Positions 1 through 9,256 of a stretch of 64,000 nucleotides of DNA are shown piece by piece; position 1 is the stretch's first letter; each line of letters opens with the position of its first letter. The translations under genes were made by a program, and so were the position numbers. The stretch comes from Longimicrobiales bacterium (GTDB taxonomy: Bacteria > Gemmatimonadota > Gemmatimonadetes > Longimicrobiales > Gaopeijiaceae): assembly GCA_965219445.1 (NCBI GenBank), contig CBDCNQ010000002.1, forward strand, positions 192,001 through 256,000, in the 5' to 3' direction. The notes under the pieces are model-generated. The model did not search any database. It had not been told where the DNA came from and was given only the letters and a program-made list of their open reading frames with translations.

Positions 1-432
1 GCGGGAAGTAGCGCCGGGCGTTCCCGGCCGCTCCCCGATAGACTCGCCGGGGCAGGAGCGGGCGCTCGATGCCGAGCGCCTCGAAGGCGGCCACCTTCTC
101 CAGCTCGGTCCGGAGCCAAGGCAGGCGGGAATGATCAAGCACATAGTCGAGCGAGAGCAGGCGCCGCATCAGCACTTCCGTGGAGGTGATCCGGCGGCGG
201 CGGCGGTTCCCGGCGCCGAGCGCCCGGTAGATCCGGCGCGCGTGGATTCGGCACACTCGACCGATGCCGTCGATGCCGGGCGGATCCTCTTCGACGGCCA
301 CGCCCTGCGCGACGAGGGCGCGGACGGCGCGGCGCACCTTTTCGTGGTGGCAACCCAGAAAGCTCGTCCACTGAGCCCGAGTGAACACGCCGCCATGGAG
401 ACAGGCCAGGGCGATCCATTCGGCACGGCGCC
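1..432 (-). pseudogene. 5'-truncated fragment of a conserved mobile-element hypothetical protein (possible winged-helix), running off the window start
   Basis: Minus-strand frame reads RRAEWIALACLHGGVFTRAQW...VLMRRLLSLDYVLDH...ARRYFP, with no start codon after the upstream TGA; the C-terminal part of what appears to be the same family lies at 28587-29045. Confidence 0.6.
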
Positions 433-520
433 AGCGCTCTTCGCGCGTGAAGTCACTAAAGGGCCACGACGCTCGCCCGACAAGTCACAACTCACTCACA
501 AAATAGCGCGTAGCTTTCCG

Positions 521-554
521 GATAGCTCTCGATAATTGTAGTTATCGAGAGTAA
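521..554. other. lox-like recombination site 1 (34 bp)
   Basis: GATAGCTCTCGATAATTGTAGTTATCGAGAGTAA: 10-bp perfect inverted arms CTCTCGATAA/TTATCGAGAG around asymmetric spacer TTGTAG, 47 bp from the recombinase stop codon. Confidence 0.85.
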
Positions 555-601
555 CCCGCGGCAAGGATTGTGACCAGAGAGGCCCCCGAGTTCTTCGGGG
601 C

Positions 602-1588
602 TCATCTGCGTTTCTGAAGCCGTGCCAGCTGTGCGGCGCCGTTGCGCTTGGCCAGCAGCCGCTCGCCGTAGCGCTGCACCATCTGGGCGTTCTTCCAGCG
701 CCCGGCCTGCATGATCGCCGGGATCCCGATCCCTTTGGCGATCATGTCCTGAGCCGCGCCCACGCGGGGGCTGTGCCCGGAGAGCCGCCGCACGATCTGC
801 TCCGGCAGCCCGGCCCGTTCGGCCATCGCCTTGTAGATGCGCGGCACCTGGCTCTCATGCAGTTGGCCGCCCAGCGTGCCGTCCTTGCGCATCGAACGGA
901 AGAGCGGCCCGCCACTGATCCCGCTCGCGCCCAGCCACTCCGAGAGCAGCCTCACGCTGTCTCGGTGCAGGTAGAGCATCGCGCCGCCGCCCTCCGGATC
1001 GGTCTTCGCGCGGCGCACGAGGAGCGAGGCCGAGCCGCCCCTTTCTATCGTCACATCAACGACTTGCAGCGCGACCAGCTCGGAGCGCCGGAGCATGGCG
1101 TCGTAGGCCACGGCCAGGATCGCGCGGTTCCTGACGTCGATCACCCGGTCGCCCGCGGCCTCCATCAGGCGCCGGCGGAGCGCCCAGGTCAGACCCTGCA
1201 CCTGCCTCTGCCGGCACCCCCTCTGCCGGTGCATCCGCTTCAGCGCCCGCCGCACGGTCACGTGCTCGAGCGGGCTCCGCTCCCCGGCCGCCTTGTGCAC
1301 GGTGGCGACGCTCGAGACGTAGCGCCGCACGGTGGCCGGCGCTCGCTCGCTCGCCATCGCCTCGACGTAGGCCACCACCGTGGCCGCGCGCGCGGGCAGC
1401 GGAGAGAGCCCCCGCTCGGCGCACCACCCCGCGAACCGTTCCAGGTCCGCTCGCACCGCTCGCACGGTATGGCCGCTCAGGGCGCCGCGGGCGTCCTCCA
1501 GGTAGGCGGTCAGGCACTCGCCGGTTTGTGACTTCTGAGTGGCCGGGTCGGGACGGTCGGACACACCTTCTGGGGCCGAAATACGCAT
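602..1588 (-). CDS. Cre-like tyrosine recombinase (328 aa)
   Basis: Motifs RNRAILAVAYDAMLRRSEL, RAKTD, SGHSPRVGAAQDM and IMQAGRWKNAQMVQRY match the Cre pattern (R, K, HxxR, W, Y); SAM-like N-terminus; AGAGGG RBS before ATG. Confidence 0.93.
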   Translation of the reverse strand: MRISAPEGVSDRPDPATQKSQTGECLTAYLEDARGALSGHTVRAVRADLERFAGWCAERGLSPLPARAATVVAYVEAMASERAPATVRRYVSSVATVHKAAGERSPLEHVTVRRALKRMHRQRGCRQRQVQGLTWALRRRLMEAAGDRVIDVRNRAILAVAYDAMLRRSELVALQVVDVTIERGGSASLLVRRAKTDPEGGGAMLYLHRDSVRLLSEWLGASGISGGPLFRSMRKDGTLGGQLHESQVPRIYKAMAERAGLPEQIVRRLSGHSPRVGAAQDMIAKGIGIPAIMQAGRWKNAQMVQRYGERLLAKRNGAAQLARLQKRR

Positions 1589-1624
1589 AAGTGCCCTCTA
1601 CACAATGACATACAGCAAAAAAGT

Positions 1625-1658
1625 TTACTCTCGATAACTACAATTATCGAGAGCTATC
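1625..1658. other. lox-like recombination site 2, exact reverse complement of site 1
   Basis: TTACTCTCGATAACTACAATTATCGAGAGCTATC is the reverse complement of 521-554 over 34/34 bp; 36 bp upstream of the recombinase ATG. Confidence 0.85.
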
Positions 1659-1764
1659 GAGCACGAGGAGTGGGGAAGGTCCACGTGGAAGTGAGGCAGG
1701 CAGCCGAATCAGGGGGTGGTCCGACATCCCTGCCCGACTGTCATTCATCAAAGTGAGAGACAGA

Positions 1765-2715
1765 ATGAACGGTCGAACAGAGATTATCGGGTGCGGCGTG
1801 CGACGAGGTGCGGTCGCGGCCGGCATACTCGCGGCAACAATTGGGTTGCTGGTGGCCTGCTGGGATGGAGGCGGGGACGCCGTCACCGGGCCGGACCCCG
1901 AAGAGTTGGGATCCATTCCGGCTATTCTGCCCATTGCCGCGCGCGCCGAGCACACCAAGGCCTTCGTCAACAACGCCATCAGCCGGTACGAGACCCAGGG
2001 GCTCGATGCTACCCTTGCCCATTACAACCGTGAGGAAAGCGTTGAAGGTGAGTGGTACCTGTTCATCATCAACGGGGACGACCTGGTGATCGGACACCCA
2101 CACCCCCATCGCCGGGGGCAGGACCTGAAGGGCTGGGTCGGGACCGATGCCAACGGGTATGACTTCGGCCCGGAGATGCTATCAGCCGGCGAGGACGGCA
2201 CGTGGGTTTCCTACGTCTATACGAACCCCAAGAACGGCCGCATCGACTCCCCAGATCCCACGGACGTGGAGCTCAAGAGCGCATGGGCGGTGCGGCACGA
2301 CGGGCTACTCTTCGTCTCCGGCTGGTATGTCGACGCCGACGAGTTCACCCAGTACCTGGTGGCCACCGCGGTCCGCATCTTCCGTTTGGCGGGACTGCAA
2401 GCGACCGTGGAAGCCTTCAATGGCCGAGAGAGCGCCACGGCGGGACTGGCAACGACCATCGAATACTACAACAACGCCCCGCACATCGAGGGGGAATGGG
2501 TCGCGTTCATAGCGGACGAAAGCGGCAATATCGTAGATAGCTACCACCCCGCAATGCTGGGAAGGGACCTGCATGACATCTTGGGCACGGATGTGCTCAC
2601 TTTCACCGAAAGCGGCAACTGGATCACCTCAGAGTCCGTGCGCGTCTGGGTGGTCAGCTGGGATGGGTTCGTGTTCGGCGCGGGCTGGCTCCAAGACCCT
2701 AAAACCGGCAGCTGA
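1765..2715 (+). CDS. Stand-alone Cache-domain lipoprotein (two Cache-like repeats)
   Basis: Lipobox-like LLVAC; YLFIIN..VIGHP..GQDL...DANGYDFGPEML and GTWVSYVYTNP..ELKSAWAVRHDGLLFVSGWY are typical of Cache domains; no signalling domain. Confidence 0.7.
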   Translation: MNGRTEIIGCGVRRGAVAAGILAATIGLLVACWDGGGDAVTGPDPEELGSIPAILPIAARAEHTKAFVNNAISRYETQGLDATLAHYNREESVEGEWYLFIINGDDLVIGHPHPHRRGQDLKGWVGTDANGYDFGPEMLSAGEDGTWVSYVYTNPKNGRIDSPDPTDVELKSAWAVRHDGLLFVSGWYVDADEFTQYLVATAVRIFRLAGLQATVEAFNGRESATAGLATTIEYYNNAPHIEGEWVAFIADESGNIVDSYHPAMLGRDLHDILGTDVLTFTESGNWITSESVRVWVVSWDGFVFGAGWLQDPKTGS

Positions 2716-2797
2716 GGGAGGCGACCACTATCCCGGCTGCGCCCAATTACTCACGCCCGGACGTCGCGGACCCTCGCACAAGACACAAGGAGCCCTG

Positions 2798-3628
2798 GTG
2801 ACACGCACTGATAGACAACGACCAACCAGCCTGTTCGACACCATCGTCGCTCTGGCCATGGCGGGCGCCGCGCTCGCCCTGCTCTTCTCCCCGCTCCAGG
2901 CGCAAGATGACACTGTTGCCCCGGAGTTCGTGAGCGCGAGGACCGACGGGGGTTATGTGATCGTTACCTTCAGCGAAGATATCACCGTCAGTCCGCCGGT
3001 GGCATACGCCGTAGAATCGTTGAACGTTCCCATATACCGGTTTTTCAAAGCGGTTATGGACGTGTCCGTGGACGGCCATGACGACGTTCTATCGGACAAT
3101 GACTACATCTCCGGCAACGAGCTCTGGCTGCAACTGACATTCGCTGTATCCGGTCACCAAGAAGTGCGCGTGGCATACGACAACATGTTCGCCGTGGCCG
3201 GGGACGGCATTCTGGTTGACGCCGCCGGGAATGCCGTTCCGCTCTTTTCCTACCAGACGGTCCAGAACGACGCTCGAACTTATCCTCGTCCCGACAGAGC
3301 GCCCGTGTTCGATTTGTCCACGGAAGATATCAGAGTAGCGGAAGGGGACACCGCCACATACACCGTCTCCCTCGTCTCGCAGCCGTCAGAGGACGTTACG
3401 GTCAACGTAAGTCCTTACCAGACCGTGCAGTCAACGCCCTCCAGTTTGACATTCACTCCAGAGAACTGGAACACGCCCCAAACAGTGACGGTGTCCACCT
3501 ACGACGATGATGACTCATTCGATGCCTGGGGAATAGTACGGCACTATGACCGCGACGATTACTCCACCTATTGGCGGGACCTTCGCATCCTCGTAGAAGA
3601 CCAGGACGCTCAAGTCGGCGGCCTCTAA
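2798..3628 (+). CDS. Secreted protein with SwmB-like and Calx-beta-like domains
   Basis: GTG start after AAGGAG; signal peptide ending LQA; APEFVSARTDG..VTFSE, and VAEGDTATYTVSL..QPSEDVTV..SLTFTPENWNTPQTVTV. Confidence 0.6.
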   Translation: MTRTDRQRPTSLFDTIVALAMAGAALALLFSPLQAQDDTVAPEFVSARTDGGYVIVTFSEDITVSPPVAYAVESLNVPIYRFFKAVMDVSVDGHDDVLSDNDYISGNELWLQLTFAVSGHQEVRVAYDNMFAVAGDGILVDAAGNAVPLFSYQTVQNDARTYPRPDRAPVFDLSTEDIRVAEGDTATYTVSLVSQPSEDVTVNVSPYQTVQSTPSSLTFTPENWNTPQTVTVSTYDDDDSFDAWGIVRHYDRDDYSTYWRDLRILVEDQDAQVGGL

Positions 3629-3639
3629 CGGCTATTGCG

Positions 3640-4840
3640 CTGACGTTCGCGCCGGGGGGAGGACGAGAAGACGGTGTCGGTGCCGATCACGGACGACGAC
3701 GTGGAGGACGACGGGGAGACGTTCACGCTGATGCTGAGCAACGCCTCGGGCGCGGGCTTCGCGAACAACGACAACGAGGCGACGGGCACGATCCGGAACA
3801 CCGAGACGACGGCGCGGCCGGACCTGACGGCGTCGTTCGAGGGCATGCCGGCTGAACATCGTGGCGAGGGCGGGTTCCACTTCCGGGTGGCGTTCAGCGA
3901 GGACATCGGGATCAGTTTCCGGGCGTTGCGCGAGGATGCGTTCACGGTGACCGGCGGGCGGGTCACGGGCGGCTCGCGCGTGGACGGCCGGCGCGACCTG
4001 TTCAAGATGACGGTGAGGCCGGACTCGGACGGGGACGTGACGATCACGCTGGCGGCGGGGCGCGAGTGCGCGACGTCCGGTGCGATCTGCACCAAGGGCG
4101 AGAACCGGCGGCAGTTGACCAACAGCCCGTCGGCGACGGTGGCCGGCCCGGTGGGCATCTCCGTGGCGGATGCGCGGGTGGAGGAAGGCGCGGGCGCCAT
4201 GCTCGAGTTCGCGGTCACCTTGAGCCGCGCGGCTGCCGGGCAGGTGACGGTGGACTACCAGACGGTGAACGGTGCGGCGGCGGTGGGGACGGACTACACG
4301 GCGGCGAACGGGACACTGACGTTCCGGGCGGGCGAGTCGTCGAAGACGGTCGAGGTCGCGGTGCTCGACGATTCGCACGACGAGGGCGAGGAGACGATGA
4401 CGCTCCGGCTCTTGCATCCGTCGGAGGGCTGGCTGGCCGACACGGAAGCGACCGGGACGATCGAGAACACCGACCCGCTGCCGCGGGCGCTGTTGGCGCG
4501 GGTCGCGCCCTCGTGGGGCGGTCAGGCGATGAGCGGTGCCGACGCGCTCTGGGGCCGCGATACGATGGAGGGGCTCGGGGCGGCAGGCCCGGGATCGGGC
4601 GACCGCATCGACGCCGAGCTCGGCTACGCGCTGCCGGTCGGGAGTCGGCTGGTGGGGACCCCGAGGTTCGGTGTCACGACTTCCGAGTACGGGCGCGGCT
4701 ACCGGCTGGGCTACAGCCTGGCTGTCGTGCAGGGTGGCGCCATGAGCTTCCAGTTCGGCCTCGACGCCCAGCGCCGCGAGAGTCTGCTTCAGGACAAGCC
4801 GGACCACAGCTTGGTGGGCCGACTCACCGCGCGCTGGTAG
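3640..4840 (+). pseudogene. Internally deleted Calx-beta adhesin with autotransporter-like C-terminal barrel fragment
   Basis: Calx-beta motifs (VPITDDDVEDDGETFTLMLSN; GTDYTAANGTLTFRAGESSKTVEVAVLDD); abrupt fusion near 4495 to a C-terminus ending LTARW; N-terminus missing. Confidence 0.65.
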
Positions 4841-5212
4841 ACGCGGACAGTTCGAGTAGTGTCCCCGGCGCGCCGCGTGTCCTTGCGAGCGTCGTACTCC
4901 GGGCGATGGCCGTCCCGCACACGGTAGGCCAGCGCGGCTTTGTCGCGCGGCCGGCCGCAGGCCCGGTTCGATCCTGCGGTCGAAACATCTCATGGCTCCC
5001 CTGTGGTGTCAGCTTCTAGTCGCGGCCGCCCGCACTGGCCGCCCTGCCGGCATCGATGTCAATGCACCGCACGGTGCAGCCCTTCGCCGCGATCCGTCGG
5101 CCGGCCCTCGACTCACTTAGCACCACCCTCCGAGGCGGCATCCGGTCGCGCTCGGCCACGCGCCGCAGTGCATGAACGGGTCCTCACATGCCGGATCTCG
5201 ACCCCAACTGCC

Positions 5213-5479
5213 ATGGAGACGCTGACGAAGCACTTCGAATCGCGAGTGGATGCATCCCTCGAGCGCACGGGCCTGAAGCCGTCGACGTTCGACCTGCAGG
5301 CGGTGGGCTATCTCAACCCGGTGCGTCAGCTCCGTCCTGGCCGATCACCGAGGCTGGCGATGGCCTGCCAGGTCCCCGTGTTCATCGAAGCCTGCCGCCG
5401 GGCCCAAGTGGCCCCTGTTCCCTCCCGGGGCAACGCGCCCCGGAATTCTTCACCGAACAGAACGGAGGCAGACCGATGA
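5213..5479 (+). CDS. Small Cro/XRE-like HTH protein, probably degenerate
   Basis: METLTKHFESRVDASLERTGLKPSTF...NPVRQLRPGRSPRL; stop overlaps the alpA start (ATGA). Confidence 0.45.
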   Translation: METLTKHFESRVDASLERTGLKPSTFDLQAVGYLNPVRQLRPGRSPRLAMACQVPVFIEACRRAQVAPVPSRGNAPRNSSPNRTEADR

Positions 5480-5703
5480 CCAGAGCAATGGAACAGGGCA
5501 TGGACGCGCCCGCGCGCGTCCTGCGGTTACCTCGAGTGCAGGCCCGCACCGGGCTGGCGCGGAGCACGATCTACGTGCGGGTGGCCGACGGGAGCTTTCC
5601 CCAACCGATCCGGCTAGGCGCGCGCGCCGTCGGCTGGATCGAGTCCGAAGTGGATGCGTGGATCCGAGAACAGATCGCCGCGAGCCGCAGCAGTGCCGAG
5701 TGA
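5476..5703 (+). CDS. alpA: AlpA-family regulator/excisionase
   Basis: VLRLPRVQARTGLARSTIYVRVADGSFPQPIRLGARAVGWIESEVDAWI is a canonical AlpA signature; GGAGG RBS. Confidence 0.92.
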   Translation: MTRAMEQGMDAPARVLRLPRVQARTGLARSTIYVRVADGSFPQPIRLGARAVGWIESEVDAWIREQIAASRSSAE

Positions 5704-6069
5704 TCTGAGACGATAACCATCTGACAGTTCGCGATGCGAGAGGACAGGGGCCATCGACAACCCGCCCTCCCGCAAGGTTCGCTCCTTCGCCGCCTCCGCA
5801 GCAGTTCCCCAATTCGCGTCGACATCGGCGGAATGCGGAGTCGCCCGACTGCCGACGCCAATGGGGGTGACATGGCGCTCAGTGAGGTTGGGTAGGTGTA
5901 AACGTTCGGTCGTGCCGTGGTATTGACGTCCCGCGCTGGCCCTACGGCGTCCGCGCACAACGGCGTCCGATCGCCCGACGACCTGTCGCACGGGTTGCCA
6001 TGGTCGATGGGCGAGGAGCGCAGACGCGACCTCATGGCGTCGGCATTTCCGGTCAGATCGAGTGCCGCA

Positions 6070-6221
6070 ATTGACTTCGCCGCTGGGGAAATGACGCTGC
6101 TACGCGCACTGATCGCCGGCCCGCCGACGCTCAACCGCCATCCCCTGTCCAGGGAGTTCTGCCGGGGCATCGGCTGGTTCAAGCCCGACAGCGGCCTGAA
6201 GGACATGATGGCCCGGGTGGC
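6070..6221 (+). pseudogene. N-terminal fragment of a DUF4338/DruA-like protein
   Basis: FAAGEMTLLRALIAGPPTLNRHPLSREFCRGIGWFKPDSGLKDMMARV; the last 54 bp recur at 35444-35497. Confidence 0.5.
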
Positions 6222-7119
6222 TGCGGCACGGCCGCCGGAGCTGCGACGCCGCTCCGGAGCTTTCGGCCGTAGAAGGGAGCGACCCCCCCTTTGGGGATGC
6301 CTCGATCGGGGAAGCGGCTGGCGCTGGGCGTCTACGTCTTTTTCGCTGGCTCGACGATGATTCGCCCGCGCCCGCGTTTGACCACATAGCCGCCAGAACG
6401 AATCGCAAGCTTGCCTTGCTCAACAAGGGACCAAAGACTTTCGGCGATCAACTCGGCGTTCCGGTCGCTCGCCCTTGCGGTTGCTGGCCGGGAGAGCCAC
6501 TCGGCGAACGCCCGCTCGCCGATATCTTCGCCGACGGACTTGCGAAGTGCGTTCAGCTTGCGGAGGTGGCCCTTCGTTAGAGCACTCTCATCAATGTCCC
6601 TCGAGGATGTCTGCGGCATAGCTCTCCCTTCCGCGATACTTATGTGCTGAGACCGTGGTGTGATTATAGCAGACTAGGGCCTTCGTCAACCTCCTCCCGC
6701 CGATGAGGTCTCCACGGCGGCTCTCCTTGAGGGGAGCTATTGATCTTCGATCCCTGTAAGCAGGTCCGCTTGGATGCGGCGAATCTTCCTGACCACCTGG
6801 CAGACCTGACGAGCGGCCTCGGGGGTCTCGGCATAGTAGTTTGCGTGGGCGAGGTGATCGCGCAGATCACGGATATCATTGAAGCCGCGCTTTACTGTGG
6901 TGGACGACACCGAGCGCAAGTGCTTGATCTTCGGCTCCAGCGGGTGGGTACGTAGTCGTCAAAGATGGCAATCGGGTGGCCGACGTGTCCGCCAGGGTCC
7001 GCTAGGGTCGTTTGGAATCCAGTTCCTAAAAATGGGTATGAAAAGGGGACAACCAAAGAGATAGCATATGTATATCGTGGTACCACAGTAACTTATCAGA
7101 TCCATCATGATTCTTGCCG
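6222..7119. repeat. 898-bp near-identical direct repeat, copy A (copy B at 35796-36693)
   Basis: Constant offset of 29574 bp; only three substitutions noticed. Confidence 0.95.
6332..6619 (-). CDS. Hypothetical 95-aa protein
   Basis: ATG after GGGAGAG RBS; identical copy at 35906-36193. Confidence 0.65.
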   Translation of the reverse strand: MPQTSSRDIDESALTKGHLRKLNALRKSVGEDIGERAFAEWLSRPATARASDRNAELIAESLWSLVEQGKLAIRSGGYVVKRGRGRIIVEPAKKT

Positions 7120-7141
7120 GGATTCGGCCAATCCTGTGGAC

Positions 7142-7168
7142 GAATGGGGTTCAGGGGGTCGCCGGTTC
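7142..7168 (+). tRNA. tRNA-Pro(GGG) fragment (anticodon loop to T-loop), att-site remnant
   Basis: GAATGGGGTTCAGGGGGTCGCCGGTTC matches the tRNA-Pro GGG anticodon loop, variable loop and T-stem; no 5' half or acceptor end. Confidence 0.65.
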
Positions 7169-7187
7169 CCCGTTCTTTAGACTTTCA

Positions 7188-7256
7188 GGTGCCTCTGAGG
7201 CAACCGCGCCACCGCCTAGTTGCAGCAGTGGTAGCCGCACTGTGCCAAAGACTGTC
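7188..7256. repeat. 69-bp ungapped imperfect direct repeat with 10602-10670, containing putative integrase arm site ACTGTGCCAAAGAC
   Basis: Offset 3414 bp; shared blocks GGTGC.TCTGAGGCA, CCACCGCCTAGTT and ACTGTGCCAAAGAC; inverted copy TTTGGCACAGT at 12053-12063. Confidence 0.75.
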
Positions 7257-7264
7257 AGCACCCA

Positions 7265-8104
7265 TCACCTGGGGGTGTCCATATTGATAGCGATGTAGCC
7301 GAACGAGTCCGGCGGACCAGATTCATTGTTCCTGGTCTCCACCCACTGATGTGGTGTTGTGGCCGGCACGATCATGATGCCACCCTTCCTGATTTGATAA
7401 TAGGCCGCAGGCCCGACCGGTCTTCCGTCAACAATGTCCGCGCCGGGCGTACCGGTCATGTAGGTCGCCTCACCGTCCATCAACAGGAAGATGTGGCTGT
7501 GATTCGGATGCGCTTCGGCACCGTCGCGCGCGCCCACCCGCTGCGCATAAAACACGACACCCGGGTCCCAGAGCAACGGATCTCGGGATCCTCCCGGCTC
7601 CGACATTCTCGTCCGGATCCTCTCGGAGCCGATGAGCTGCACGACGTCTGGAATTCCCCAAGTATTGCCGGATCTCGGCGTCTCTTTGTGCACTGCAAGA
7701 TACGCGATCGTTCCCGTGGGTACTTCCTTCCACCAGTAGGGTGTATTTGCCGGAATGACGATCAAATCGCCCTCGTTCAAATCGCGATCCCGTCCTCCCT
7801 CGATCACACCGTTCGAAAGCGTTCCTTCGGTAATGAGAGTTGCGGAGCCCTCTTTGACGACAATGATGTGATTCGTTGTCACATCCAGTACGGCCGTGGG
7901 AGACGCGGAGATACGTTCGACCGCAATCGTTAGTCCCGGATCTTGAAGCAGAATGTCGCCCTCTGCCAGGGCCGCTTCCACTTCTGTGTCAGGGATGTAT
8001 CCGGGCGACACCGGAGCAGCGAACTGAGCCGCGGCCACCGTGGGTAAACTCACGATGACCGTTACGGCCGCCATTCCTACAACTGCCGAGAGCAACTTCG
8101 TCAT
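7265..8104 (-). CDS. Secreted bicupin-like protein
   Basis: Signal peptide; two cupin-like repeats (GDLIVIPANTPYW; EAHPNHSHIF...GGIMIVPATTPHQW). Confidence 0.7.
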   Translation of the reverse strand: MTKLLSAVVGMAAVTVIVSLPTVAAAQFAAPVSPGYIPDTEVEAALAEGDILLQDPGLTIAVERISASPTAVLDVTTNHIIVVKEGSATLITEGTLSNGVIEGGRDRDLNEGDLIVIPANTPYWWKEVPTGTIAYLAVHKETPRSGNTWGIPDVVQLIGSERIRTRMSEPGGSRDPLLWDPGVVFYAQRVGARDGAEAHPNHSHIFLLMDGEATYMTGTPGADIVDGRPVGPAAYYQIRKGGIMIVPATTPHQWVETRNNESGPPDSFGYIAINMDTPR

Positions 8105-8444
8105 CAATTCATCCTCCCTAGTCGTCCGAAGAAACTCGAAGGCATGGCGCCAACGGCGACGGTAGCTGATCGCTGTATCCTCCGCACTCGCAACACTGAT
8201 AATCGAGAATCCGCTCCGCCGTCAACATGTGGGTGCCCGGCGGCAACATCTTGCAGCGGATGCCTTCGGTCTCAGGGCCAACGCCGAGGGCGGATCTGAT
8301 CCTCCCACTAAACTTCCGGTTTCCTTGCCCCCCATGTAACCCACCGGCATCTTCCTCAGCAGTATTAGCCTGGGCGCAGCTCCGTTGACTCCACTTTGCA
8401 ACGGGACGTATAGCCAGCTCCTCTGACAAACCGCTTCTTGAACA

Positions 8445-9068
8445 CCTGAAAGAGCGGAAGGTCGTTCAGTGGGCGCTCGCCTACTTGGCCGGCTCTTGGG
8501 CGTTCTGGCCGGGCTGTTCAGTTCCAGGTTCTTTTCCTCCGATGGCGTTAGCACCGAGTCGACAAGTGCCCCAGACGCCCCCGATGGAGCCCAGCGTAGC
8601 AGTCCTTCCGTTCGTAAACATGAGCGGCAATCCGGACAACAATACTTCTCGGATGGAATCACCGAGGAGCTGTTGAACGCCCTGGCTCAGCTGCCTGGCG
8701 TCCGCGTGCCCGCGCGCACATCCTCGTTCGCCTTTAAGGGGCAGAACGTCCCGGTTCGGCAAATCGCTGACACACTGGGCGTCGTTCACCTCCTCGAGGG
8801 GAGCGTCCGTCGTGACGGGGAACGGGTCCTGATCACCGCTCAGCTTGTAGACGCCGTGGCCGACGCATACGAGGTCGCCGTCACTCACCTTGCCCTTGGC
8901 GACTACGAGGGCGCTTTCGATTGGTTCGACAACGCTGTAGACGACCGGGCGGATTGCATTCCCGGGCTGGGGGTTGATCCCAGGCTCGATCCAGTGCGGG
9001 ACGATCCCCGCTACCAGGCGTTACTCGAAGAGGCGGGGAATTACGTGGTGAGAGCTAAGCGTGGTTGA
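8445..9068 (+). pseudogene. Fragmented TolB-N-like/TPR protein
   Basis: LKERKVVQWALAYLAGSW, SVAVLPFVNMS and YFSDGITEELLNALAQLPGVRVPARTSSFAFKG span a frameshift; internal deletion before the C-terminal DPRLDPVRDDPRY. Confidence 0.75.
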
Positions 9069-9256
9069 GCCGGGCATCACCATGCGAAAGCATCCGGCTG
9101 TTCTTCGCTACCGCTCTCTGATTCGTAATGGGAAGGCCTCCACCTCTTGCCACGGACACCGTTCCGGTCCTATCCCTACTCGCACGAGGTAGCAGGAGCT
9201 GGGTATGGCCCGGCCCGAAGCGCTGGACCCGCGCCCTTTCAGCCTGGGAGATCCGC

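Larger units (their letters stand above)
4495..5850. repeat. Diverged inverted duplication, copy A (barrel C-terminus, HTH gene, alpA, downstream non-coding DNA); copy B at 61310-63789
   Basis: Identical AlpA proteins and collinear flanks; copy B additionally carries IS630. Confidence 0.9.

Noticed and set aside
484..1534. TTGTGAC motifs (484-490 reverse, 568-574, 1526-1532) as accessory or CRP sites for the Cre-like cassette
   Set aside because: 7-mers without symmetric placement or full palindromic partners; too weak to call
6070..6221. Druantia defence system
   Set aside because: Only a ~50-codon DUF4338-like stub and no partner genes
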